From assembly GCA_964016885.1 (NCBI GenBank), contig OZ024746.1, positions 72,850,001-72,914,000 on the forward strand: a DNA stretch of 64,000 nt, read 5' to 3'. The translations under genes and the position numbers were made by a program. The notes below the pieces were generated by a model that was not told the DNA's origin, did no database searches, and saw nothing but the letters and a program-made list of their open reading frames with translations. Each line of letters begins with the position of its first letter. Positions within the stretch are counted from its first letter, which is position 1. Positions 24,741-35,400 of this stretch are shown one piece after another. This DNA is from Eledone cirrhosa (lineage: Eukaryota).

Positions 24741-26218
24741 AGCTTTTAATGAATTCCCTTTTCTTTCAACTAACGACCTCCACCCATCCCACTCCCCACC
24801 CTCTCCTACCACCTGAAAAGATATAAATACCACTACATTTATTTTTGGAAAGCCAGATTCCTAATGATTTCTAAAGAATGAAACAGTTCTAGTCCTGTAG
24901 AATCTCATCTATATTAAAACTTTTATACTCTGCTATGTATTGAGTACCTTACTTACTGTGGTTACCTCCGATTCAACCCGGAATAACTTACCTATATATA
25001 TATGTGTGTGTGTGTGTATATGTATGTATATATACATATGTATGTATATATATATATGTGTATGTATTTATATATGTGTGTGTATGTGTATATATGTGTA
25101 TATATAGATATATATATATGTATGTGTGTACGTACTTATGTGTATGTGTGTATGTATGTATATCTTTATATATAGGTTTTTTTATATATGTTTTATATAT
25201 AAGTAATTTTCTTATATATATATGTGTGTATGTGGTTGTATGTATTTTTTCTCATGCATATGTGTACGTGAATGTATTTATGTTTTTCGATATGTGTATA
25301 TTCACCTACATTTATATATATGTTCTTATTCGTGTGACTGAGTATATGCATGCATATCAATGTGTATGAATGTGAATTTTATATGTGTGTGTATGTATAT
25401 GTATGTATGTATGTGTGTGTGTGTATATATATATATATATCATCATCATCATCATCGTTTAACGTCCATCTTCCACGCTTGCATGGGTTTGGACGGGAGT
25501 TTTCCCACTTGAGGCAAGATTTGTTGTCCTGCTCGTATAGGACTGTCTGGCGGGTTTTCTACGGCTGGATGCCCTTCCTAACACCAACCACGTTTACAGT
25601 GTGGACTGGGAGGTTTTTACCGTGTTACCTACACGGCCACATTACAGCGTGGACTGTGTGTTTTTTTGTCGTGACACCTACACGACCTCATTTGTTTCGG
25701 ACTGGATGTTGTGGAACTAACATAACTATGTATATGTATATATATATAAATGTATGTATTTATGTGTGCGTGTATATGTATTTGTATGTATACACTTTTC
25801 TGTGTATATGTTTATACTGTATATATTTATGTGTGTATTTTTCTGTGTATGTGTATATATGTTGTATGTGTATGCATGTATATATATGTATATATATATA
25901 TATTTATTATATTTATTTTATCTTGTGCATTTGCTTACTACGTGTGTTTGTTTATCTATTTTTTTTATTTGTGCCTTTCTCCTCCTCTGTAATGCTGTCA
26001 ACTCAATAATCATTTTTATTTCCTTAATTCTTATTTTTTATTTTTATATTTTTTATTTGTATGTGATTGCGTATGTAGGTATATATATCTTATATGTGTG
26101 TGTGCGTATGTATGTGCGTATATGTATGTGTGTGTATGTATGTGTGTATATATATATGTGTTTGTATATATTTATGTATGTGTATGTATGGAGATATATA
26201 TATATATATATATATATA

Positions 26219-29200
26219 CCGCACACGCATCACCATTATTATTATAAGCCAGAGACCCCCCCCCCCCCACATGCATCACCATTATTATTATTACGCGGAC
26301 CAATCATAAGCCAGAGGCCTATACTATCGCTTGCACGGTTGCCTTCGATATATGATGGATGGATGGATGGATGGACGGACTGCGGAATCCTGGAGAGTGG
26401 AAGGGAGAGAGAAAAATCTGGACGCTCAGAGCGAAAATGCCAATGCTAAAGTCAAATTCACCTCGTGGACGAGAATGCGAGCACTCTTCTTTGTTTCGCC
26501 CGCGGATGGCTAACATAACCCCATCTCCCCCCGCCCCCCACCACCCCCACCCTCCAAACGCGATCCAAAACTTCAGAGTTGGTACCATAAATGTAGGCAC
26601 CCTAAAGGGTCGCGCTAACGAGGTTGTAGAAATGCTTGAACGTAAGGAGGTCGATGTTTGTTGTATTCAAGAGACCAGGTGGAGGGGTGGGTCTGCTAGA
26701 TTCATTGAGGGTAAAAAACGATGTTATAAGCTTTTCTGGGTGGGAAACGACGATGGGCTGGGTGGAGTAGGAATCATGGTAGCAGAAAAGTGGGCAGATA
26801 AGATAATAGACGTAAATAGAGTGAACGACAGAATAATTAAAATACGACTTGTCCTCAATAGAACTACGGTGACAGTAATATCTGCGTACGCACCCCAATC
26901 CGGACTGCCCGGCACTATAAAAGACAGATTCTATGAGACACTGATGCTCACTACCTCCCAAATATCTGACAGTGACTATATAATTATTGCAGGCGACCTA
27001 AATGGTCACGTTGGGCAACATTGTGACGGCTACAACGAAATCCATGGAGGCTATGGGTTTGGTACTAGAAATGAGGAAGGCTCCAGAATCCTGGAATTCT
27101 GTGATGCAAATAACCTAACTATCTGTAACACTAACTTCAAAAAACGTGACAATCACCTGATCACCTATAGATCCGGGGAACACACAAGCCAGGTAGATTA
27201 TATCCTTACCAGAAGATGTGACAGAGTGTCTGTTGTAAACACTAAATCCCTCCCCCATGAAGAATGCACCTCCCAACATAGACTGATAATTAGCGACCTC
27301 ATAGTCAGGACGAGACGTACTCGACAGCAGAAGAGGACTATCCTCAGGAGAAAAATATGGAAGCTAAAGGACCCCACAGCCAGGAATAAATTTCAAAGCA
27401 TATTACTTGATGCTTTCGACAGTAAGGAAGAACATTTAGAGTCGGACAATATAGAGGGAGAGTGGGAATTTCTGAAAGCAAACCTGCTGTTGGCGACAGA
27501 CGAAGTCTGTGGCTGGAGCAGGCCTGTAGGCAGGAGGAGAGTAACATGGTGGTGGAACAGTAAGGTGGAGGGGTCAATTAAGGCCAAAAAGCAGGCTTGG
27601 AAAGTATGGCGGGATGGGGGAAGTAGAGTAGACTATCAAGTGGCCAGGAGGGAAGCTAGGAGAGAAGTGTACTTAGCAAGAAGGGAAGCTGAGGAAAGAA
27701 AGTTCAAGCATGTCCTACAACGCGATGACCAAAAACGTGAGGTGTTCAGGATTGCTAGGCAATGCGTCAAGGAAAACCGTGATATTGTCGGGGAGAAGTG
27801 TGTACTTAACGATGATGGCATACTTGCCATCACCGACACTGATAAGAAGGTAGCTTGGAAGTGTCACTATGAAAGGCTACTAAATGAGGAGAATAAATGG
27901 GAGAAAGACAGTCTCCCCCATGTCGACCCAATAGAGGGACCAGCAGTGTTAGTCGAGGGGAGTATAATAAGTAAGGCAATCAAGGATATGAAGACAGGTA
28001 AGGCGGCTGGGCCTTCGGAAATAGTTGCTGAGATGCTGAAGGCATCTGGCACGGTGGGACACACCATGGTCACCCGCATAGTTAACCAAGTCGTACAGAA
28101 TGGGGTTGTTCCGAAGGACTGGCATAGCAGCATCATCGTTAACTGTTATAATGGTAAAGGAGACGCCCTAGATAGGAGTAACTATAGAGGCATTAAATTA
28201 ATCGACCAGGTCATGAAGGTCACGGAAAAAGTAATAGCGCAACTAATCAGAGAGAGAATTGACCTAGACGAAATGCAGTTCGGGTTTGTGTCAGGCAAAA
28301 GTACCACAGACGCTCTTTTCATAGTACGACAACTACAGGAGAAGTTCCTAGCTAAAGGTAAACCCCTCTACTTAGCTTTTGTCGACTTGGAGAAAGCCTT
28401 CGACAGAGTCCCCCGCTCCATTATCTGGTGGGCTCTTAGAAAACTAGGCGTTGACGAATGGCTTGTGAGGGCCATACAAGCCATGTATAAAGAAACAGTC
28501 AGCAAGGTTAGAATTAACAACGAATATAGTGAAGAGTTTAGCGTAAAAGTTGGCGTCCATCAGGGCTCTGTTCTCAGCCCCCTACTATTTATTATTGCCC
28601 TTCAGGCTATAACAGAGGAGTTCAAGACAGGCTGCCCATGGGAACTCCTATACGCAGACGACCTGACACTCATAGCGGAATCAATGGCCGAGCTAGAGAA
28701 GAAATTCCAAACATGGAAGCACGGCCTAGAGTCAAAAGGACTTAAAATTAACCTGGCTAAGACCAAAGTTCTAGTTTGTAGGAAAGAAAACAAGGCGGCG
28801 GCCCCTTCTGGGAAATGGTCGTGCTCGGTGTGTAGGAAAGGCGTAGGTAGAAACTCCATTTTATGTCCTAAATGCAAAGTATGGGTGCATAAAAGATGTA
28901 GTGGGATCACAGGTAAGCTAACTAAGAACATAGATTTTACATGTGGCCGGTGTTCTGGTGCAATAAGTAGCAGCAAGTGCCCACAAAATACTAGCTCTTT
29001 CAATTGCGCAGAGGGTTCTATAGAAATAGTGGACAGCTTCCGTTACCTGGGCGATAAAATCAGCAGTGGGGGAGGGTGCTCTGAAAGTACTGTAGCTAGA
29101 GTCAGAACTGGTTGGAAAAAGTTCAGAGAGCTTATACCACTATTAGCTGCTAAAGGGTTCTCCCTAAAAATGAAAGGCAGGTTGTACGATGCCTGCATAC

Positions 29201-29974
29201 GAACAGCAATGTTGCATGGCAGTGAGACCTGGGCATTGTGTGCAGAGGATATACGCAGACTAGAGAGGAACGAAGTTTGCATGCTCCGCTGGATGTGTAA
29301 CAGTAATATACGTGAACGGCAAAGCATAAACGAACTAAGGAAAAAATTAGAGATAAGAGGGATCAGATGTTGTTTACTCGAGAGAAGGCTACGTTGGTAT
29401 GGACACGTGATGCGCATGAAAGACGATAGCTGTATAACAAAGTGCAGGGCAATAAAGATAGACGGTAGCCACGGAATAGGCAGACCTAGAAAAACCTGGG
29501 ACGAGCTGATAAACTCCGACCTCACACACTTACACCTCTCCAAGACAATGTCACTGGACCGAGACCTTTGGCGGTACTCAGTAACAGAGAAGACCCGCCT
29601 TGCCAGTAGGCATCTCTAACAAAATACACCCCGTCCTGCCACCACCCCCACCCATCCACACCACCCCGTCCTATGTAAAGTTATGTTGGTGCCGCGCCAT
29701 CCAGGCCGAAACAAATGAGATCGTGTAGGTGTCACGACAAAAAAACACACAGTCCACGCTGTAATGTGGCCGTGTAGGCAACACGGTAAAAACCTCCCAG
29801 ACCCACACTGTAAATGTGGTTAGTGTTAGGAAGGGCATCCAACTGTAGAAAACCTGCCAGACAGTCCTATGCGAGCAAGACAATCACTCTTGCCTCAAGT
29901 GGGACTACCCCCGTCCAAACCCATGCAAGCGTGGAACACGGACGTTAAACGTTGATGATGATGATGATGATGAT
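26219..29974 (+). mobile_element. Apparently full-length RTE-clade LINE
   Basis: 5' UTR, single intact ORF, 3' UTR and (GAT)n tail; inserted into a (TA)n tract whose empty site is visible at 8345-8370. Confidence 0.93.
26359..29619 (+). CDS. RTE retrotransposon polyprotein: AP-like endonuclease, reverse transcriptase and inserted PHD-like zinc finger
   Basis: 1086 codons without a stop; VCCIQETRW, IIAGDLNGHVG, VDYIL, QFGF, FVDLEKAFD, QGSVLSP, LLYADD, CSVC...CPKCKVWVHKRC...CGRC, YLG, RRLRWYGHVMR. True start Met uncertain. Confidence 0.93.
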   Translation: MDGWMDGLRNPGEWKGERKIWTLRAKMPMLKSNSPRGRECEHSSLFRPRMANITPSPPAPHHPHPPNAIQNFRVGTINVGTLKGRANEVVEMLERKEVDVCCIQETRWRGGSARFIEGKKRCYKLFWVGNDDGLGGVGIMVAEKWADKIIDVNRVNDRIIKIRLVLNRTTVTVISAYAPQSGLPGTIKDRFYETLMLTTSQISDSDYIIIAGDLNGHVGQHCDGYNEIHGGYGFGTRNEEGSRILEFCDANNLTICNTNFKKRDNHLITYRSGEHTSQVDYILTRRCDRVSVVNTKSLPHEECTSQHRLIISDLIVRTRRTRQQKRTILRRKIWKLKDPTARNKFQSILLDAFDSKEEHLESDNIEGEWEFLKANLLLATDEVCGWSRPVGRRRVTWWWNSKVEGSIKAKKQAWKVWRDGGSRVDYQVARREARREVYLARREAEERKFKHVLQRDDQKREVFRIARQCVKENRDIVGEKCVLNDDGILAITDTDKKVAWKCHYERLLNEENKWEKDSLPHVDPIEGPAVLVEGSIISKAIKDMKTGKAAGPSEIVAEMLKASGTVGHTMVTRIVNQVVQNGVVPKDWHSSIIVNCYNGKGDALDRSNYRGIKLIDQVMKVTEKVIAQLIRERIDLDEMQFGFVSGKSTTDALFIVRQLQEKFLAKGKPLYLAFVDLEKAFDRVPRSIIWWALRKLGVDEWLVRAIQAMYKETVSKVRINNEYSEEFSVKVGVHQGSVLSPLLFIIALQAITEEFKTGCPWELLYADDLTLIAESMAELEKKFQTWKHGLESKGLKINLAKTKVLVCRKENKAAAPSGKWSCSVCRKGVGRNSILCPKCKVWVHKRCSGITGKLTKNIDFTCGRCSGAISSSKCPQNTSSFNCAEGSIEIVDSFRYLGDKISSGGGCSESTVARVRTGWKKFRELIPLLAAKGFSLKMKGRLYDACIRTAMLHGSETWALCAEDIRRLERNEVCMLRWMCNSNIRERQSINELRKKLEIRGIRCCLLERRLRWYGHVMRMKDDSCITKCRAIKIDGSHGIGRPRKTWDELINSDLTHLHLSKTMSLDRDLWRYSVTEKTRLASRHL

Positions 29975-30123
29975 ATGTATATGTGTGTGTGTGTGTGTGT
30001 GTGTTTATATACCTTTATATTTATTATTCTTTTTCTCCTTTTCTTCTTCTTCCTCCAGCCTCACCTTCATATGTAATATATTTTTGTTTTGCAAATCCAC
30101 TTTCAATAAATACACCAGGATTT

Positions 30124-30183
30124 TTTCATTCTGATGAATGAAAGCAAATTTGTTTGCTTTCAAGAAACCACTGGTAAATGAAA
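30124..30183 (+). ncRNA. Type I hammerhead ribozyme
   Basis: Stem I TTTCATT/AATGAAA, core CTGATGA, stem II TGAAAGCAAA/TTTGCTTTCA, GAAA, stem III ACC-act-GGT, cleavage triplet GUA (30174-30176). Confidence 0.78.
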
Positions 30184-30243
30184 TAATTATCTTATGTTGT
30201 TTATTGCATAACTATATATATATATAAGGGAGATAATACTTAC

Positions 30244-30275
30244 ATCTAGCTAGACCTTTTAGGCAACTCAGCTTT
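30244..30275 (-). CDS. Micro-exon B (32 nt, phase 2 to 1): KLSCLKGLAR
   Basis: gttttccag|AAAGCTGAGTTGCCTAAAAGGTCTAGCTAGAT|gtaagt. Confidence 0.65.
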
Positions 30276-30675
30276 CTGGAAAACAACGATGAAAACAAAT
30301 TAATTTGTAAATAAACGTTGTTAATTTAGTGTTATGAAAGAGACAGGAAATAGAATAGACATCCATACCTACATACCTACTAAAGTGAGGAAAGACTGTG
30401 CACTGGGCCAATCCCACTCCCTGAGCAACAGTAGCTATAACCCGAAAAGAAGAAAAGATCAACATCATTAGTAACTACTGAGCCGCAGGTTTTATGTCGG
30501 AGTTATCCCAGTTTCCTGAGTTGTCTTCTCCTAAAAGAATGCCCTGACAAAGGCTAGGGGTCCTTCACTCCCAGTGGTTTAACCGCGCGATCATACATAT
30601 ATACATAAATATGTACGTACACACACCTACATACAACAAGAATAAATTTGAAAAACAACAGGAACAGATAGTTTA

Positions 30676-31066
30676 TCATTCAGACAGATATCTGCTGGTG
30701 AAGAAATGACACTTCCTCTCGAAGACTGGTGATTTAATGGGTGTGTTGTTCTCGTAGAATGGATTCATCGGTGAAGAAATTCTTGATGCTGTCTTCGTAC
30801 TTCACATCATGTAACATAATGAAGGGGATACGACTGGCCGTGACGAAAGATGAAAAACGAACCATTCGTTAAATTTATCTCCAATCTTGAGGTACATGTT
30901 GTTCGTCGTCCACAAGGTCCAGGGCAGCGTGTGCTATGAACTGGTTCAGATGTCGGTGGTTGTTCTTTTTTAGGTTGTGGTTCTTGTGGTCGGGAGGGCA
31001 GGTTTCCATCTCGAATATCGGGTTATCATGATGACCCACGACAACGAAATAGTAGCTCCTGGCCAT
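30676..31066 (-). pseudogene. TRAPPC2: Intronless TRAPPC2 (sedlin) pseudogene
   Basis: [21 protein letters not shown]...[35 protein letters not shown]...FIMLHDV..ED.IKNFFTD, MNPFYE; frameshifts and two internal deletions; no poly(A) visible. Confidence 0.9.
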
Positions 31067-31572
31067 GGCTTTGGGTGGAGGAGGAAGTAGTTGATTAAAT
31101 AATCTTTCCACAAAAAAATGTGCACAGTGGTAATTGTCCAGTTATTTAGATATAATGTATATATACATTATAAACAACGTCGACTAAGTACAAATCCTAT
31201 TGGAAAATTATTAATCATACGTACGTACAATTCAAGAAATTAATGTGAAGTGGCTGAGCATTCCATAGACACATGTATCTTTAACGTAATTCTCACAGAT
31301 ATTGAGTGTGACATCGTATAACAATGCCGACCTTTTGAATTACAGGTACAGTCCATTCGACGAGTCTTCAAACTATTCCTGTCCACCCAATTTCACTAAC
31401 AAGGCATGGATCAACCCAAGTTATGGTAAATAGTATTTGCTAAGGGAGCTATGTAGGAGGATCAAACACACACCTTAATGATTACGAAGTGAATTTGTTA
31501 ACCATTCGGCAATGTAGCGTCCACAAAAAATTACAATATAGTCATAAGAAATACAGAGTAGAATACACTTAC

Positions 31573-31600
31573 TTCGTGTCATCCAGTATTATAGAACAAC
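31573..31600 (-). CDS. Micro-exon A (28 nt, phase 1 to 2): xCSIILDDT
   Basis: ttctccag|GTTGTTCTATAATACTGGATGACACGAA|gtaagt. Confidence 0.65.
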
Positions 31601-32455
31601 CTGGAGAATGGAGAAAAAAATATTAATCATGTTACTCTAGACCAAGTAATTTGAGTTCAGATACAAATAGCAGTTTTGGTATATTAACTGGATATTAGAT
31701 AAAATAACCAATAAAACCAAAACAAAACATGTTAAGGTAAACTAGATTACAAATTTTACTAATTAAATATTATCTGAGATTTTATGTGTTTATGATGAAC
31801 CATTCCTTTTAATAACAAACGTGTTGTGGTGTATCCGTGTTGGACCTCCGTCAGTGGCGACAGTGAATATTCCAGTTGTAGGATTAACGGAACAGTTAGC
31901 TGGCAATATTAACGTGGAAGTGGTAACAGCAGCAGTCTTGGTAGTGGTGGTAATAATAGTAGTAGTAGTAGTTTGTAGTAGTAGGAAAAGTAGTACTGGC
32001 AGTTGTAGTAGAAGTATCAGCAGAAGTAGTAGTACTAGTAATAGTAGTAGTTGTACTACTACTACTAGTAGTAGTAGTAGTTCAGACTAATTGTTAGATT
32101 TTATTATTTAGAATCTATGACCAAAGTCTTTCCGACCATGACGATCCCTTCTGGTTTCCAAGGTTAGTGGATCTAGTATGACAAAGTGTGATTTGCTGCT
32201 ATTTCTAGCAGGTCATGCGACCACACAGAAGCTCCATCAATGGCTCATGGGGTTAGTTGTTTTATAATGTATATCATTTACATATTTGTAAGCCAATTGA
32301 ATTAGAGCTTAGCAGTGCAAATGAATTCTGGGTAGCCAATTGTGGTGGAACATAGAGGTCTGTCACTGTCAGTTAGACATACCAATGTTACTAAGAGAAT
32401 AGGAAGTTCCATTATTTCAGTCAGATACACTTCTAATAGTTCTCGTGAAATAAAC

Positions 32456-35400
32456 ATAGATAGATAGATAAATTTCTTTATTAGCCACAAGGGTACAAAA
32501 GAAGGGGACAAATACAAATGGGGAGTTTACATATGAAAATAAAACTATTAATAAAACAACAAATAACGATTGAAATCCCCAATAGGGGGGAGGTGTTACA
32601 CAGGGGTTGTACACACCCCCCAAAAATGTACAACCCTCATCTCCAGGAGCACTCCCTTCCTCTTTTTCCTCAACCTACAGGCTTATATAGAGATAAGGCC
32701 CAACCACTCGGGCTATTCTTGCCACGTTCACCCACCTTTTATATAATTTGCTGGGGTACAGTACCTCTCTCTCCATCCTGATTCTTCTTCCAAAATGATA
32801 TTTGAAAAAACGAATCAGTTGCTCACCGGAGAGAAAGATGTCTGACCTCAGCCCTTTTAACCTCGTCCACCATAGCCATAACACATAGGAAAACCGCCTC
32901 TCCCTCGTTTTTGAAGGAGGGTGGCAGTTTGATCATGACAATGGACTTGGTGGTCAACTGGATTGGTCCCACCCACGACAATAGTCGTTCTACATAGCCC
33001 CACAGGTCGGTAACGCCCGGGCAGTGTACAAATACGTGTGCGACGGTTTCCTCGTCGCGCACGCATCTCGGACAGATCTTTTTCGAAGGGTCCCTACCCG
33101 GGCGCCCGTGTCTGTAGAGTTTGTCTCGAACTGGTAGAGCTCCTCGGTAGCACTGCCAGGCCAGGGACTTTTGGAAGTTGTCCATTGGTCCCGGGCGGAA
33201 GGTCCTACCGAACAGTTCGTCCTCCTCTAGAGTTTCTCCGAGCATGTTGTCGCACTTGCTGCGGACCAACTCTCTATAGAATGTCGAAGTGGAGTCTCAA
33301 CTGATTGCCGGGTCCGTTTGCCGGAGGACTGTGAGCGCCTGAGCACATTCGATATGCCAGTCGCCCATTTTCCTCGGTCTTTGCTTGACCCAGGTCTGCA
33401 GCCCAGTCAGCGAGATGAGTCGTGGGAAGGCTCGCCTCATGAACGGGGCCCACACCGGTTGTCTGGTGAGGAATATGTGGAGGTGCCGCAGCCTGAGCAC
33501 ATGTTTGCGCATCGTCAGCCACGACATCCCCAGCCCTCCGTTTGAAGGGTGTTGACAGCAGATGGATCTTCTCACCAAAGGAGCCCGTTTCTTCCAAAGG
33601 AATTGGAAGAGCACGCGCTCCATTTTGGTGAGCGTTTTGGCTGGACAAGGCACAATGGTCAAGCGGTAGTAGATGACGGACGCTATAAAAGTGTTCGCCA
33701 CCTCCACTCGACCTTTCAAGGATAGTTTGCACTCGGCCCACTTTTGGGTGAGCGCAAACACCTTGGCCGTGACCTCGTTCCAGTTCTTCTCCACCTGGAG
33801 GTCAGGACCAAACCAGACCCCGAGCAGCTTTACCGGTCCTTCCGTCCGACGACGCCATCGGAAGACATTGGTTTGCCTCTCCATGATTCGAGTTGCAAAC
33901 CAACAGATTTGTCCCGGTTCAGCTTCACTCCTGTGAACCTTTCGTATTCCTCCAGTAAGGTGCCAATCTCCTCGATTTGCGAGGTGCTCGACACCATTAC
34001 TGTCACGTCGTCAGCATAGGCCGACACCACTTTTCGCAGTCCCGGTTCCAAAGGGATGCCCTGCAATAGCTCCAACTTCCGCAGTAGTGGCTCGAGAGTC
34101 ACTATGTACAGAAGGGAGGAGAGAGGGCATCCCTGTCAGATGGATCGCGTGATATGGAACGGCTCCGAGAGGTGACCGTTCACCTTGACCCTTGAGCAGT
34201 TGTTGCTGTAGTGCATTGCAGCAATCCAGCCCATGAACACGGGACCGAAGCCTGCCGCCTCGAGCACCGCATCCAGGTAACGATGGTCAACCCTATCGAA
34301 AGCCTTAGACTGATCCAAGTTGTTCAGGACCCCACCGAAGCCGGGTTTACACCCTACCCTCTCTATGATGTATTGCATGAGGTGGAGGTTGATGTGTATG
34401 GACCTGGTCGGGATTGCACATGTCTGCGCTTCTCCCACCAGGTTTTCGACGACAAGCGCCAGCCTCTTTGCCAACACCTTGGCCAAAATCTGTAACTCTG
34501 TGTTGAGCAGAGTTATGGGCCGGAAGTTGCCTATGTCATCCCCCTTGTTCTCGTCCTTCCTGACTAACGTGATTATGCCCTTGGTCACAGAACTGGGAAT
34601 TCTCCCGTTCTGCTGCCAGTTGCAGTAGACCACTTCCAGGAGACCGGAGAACAAGTCCGGCATTGCTACGTAAAATTCGTAGGGTAGACCGTTGAGACCT
34701 GGAGATTTGCGTTTGCTGCATTGGCTCAGCGCGTCCTCTATCTCAGTGGCCGAAATCGGCCTTTTGCAGAACTTCATCTCGCTGTCTGAGAGTCGCGGTA
34801 GGCTGTCGAGGTATGGACTGATATCCATAGCCCCTCCCGGTGCGCCACCCTGCCCGAACAGTTGAGCAAAGTACCGCTGAAAGGCCGTGCACATTTGCTT
34901 TGGCTCACGTATCACGCGTCCGTCTTGGTCCTTCAAAGACCGAATCGTGGACTTGTTGCCACTTTTCGCCTCCGTCACTCGGGCCCAGCTAACAACTTTG
35001 GCTCCCTCGTTTCCCAGAGCACGTATTTTGCTTCTGACAACGCAGCCTTCATGATTTGCGTCAAAGAACTGATCCAAGGCCGTTCTCGTCGCTAGCACAC
35101 TGGCTACGATGCCACTCCTAACTTCCTCTTCTACTTTATCTACCAGTTCCTTTTCGGTCTTATTTCTATCTAACACTAATTCTTTACTAAAACCTATCGA
35201 GTCTAATCTAACTGCCCTCTTGAGAGAGTACCACCATCTGTTGTTGACAATGGCCCCCGTCAAGTGCTGCTTAACTAAAGCGCTAATTCGTCTACTGTAG
35301 GCTTTGCATGTCGGTAATGACAAGTTCAGCTTCAGTAGCCGGGTCCCTGTCTATGGGTTTTTGACTAAGCAGGTCACTAATTTGTGATCTGAATAGGCAC

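Larger units (their letters stand above)
25000..30215 (+). repeat. Inverted copy of the Penelope pseudo-LTR at about 19575-21900, interrupted by RTE insertions
   Basis: 25150-25440 is the reverse complement of about 21500-21810; 25728-26150 of 20500-20890; 29974-30215 of 19575-19810. Confidence 0.75.
30215..32455. repeat. Copy of the tandem segmental unit (exon B to exon A to the GTA tract)
   Basis: 30215-30365 matches 1855-2001; 31240-32455 matches 14450-14880, 17270-17990 and 51200-52650. Confidence 0.88.

Noticed and set aside
24855-24900. Hammerhead-like CTAATGA...GAAAC
   Set aside because: The core is mutated (CTAATGA) and stem I pairs poorly; at most a dead relic.
31661-31687. 23-nt AG/GT-bounded segment just upstream of exon A
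   Set aside because: The frame needed to join exon A contains TAA, and the donor varies (GTATGT/GTATGA/GTATCT).
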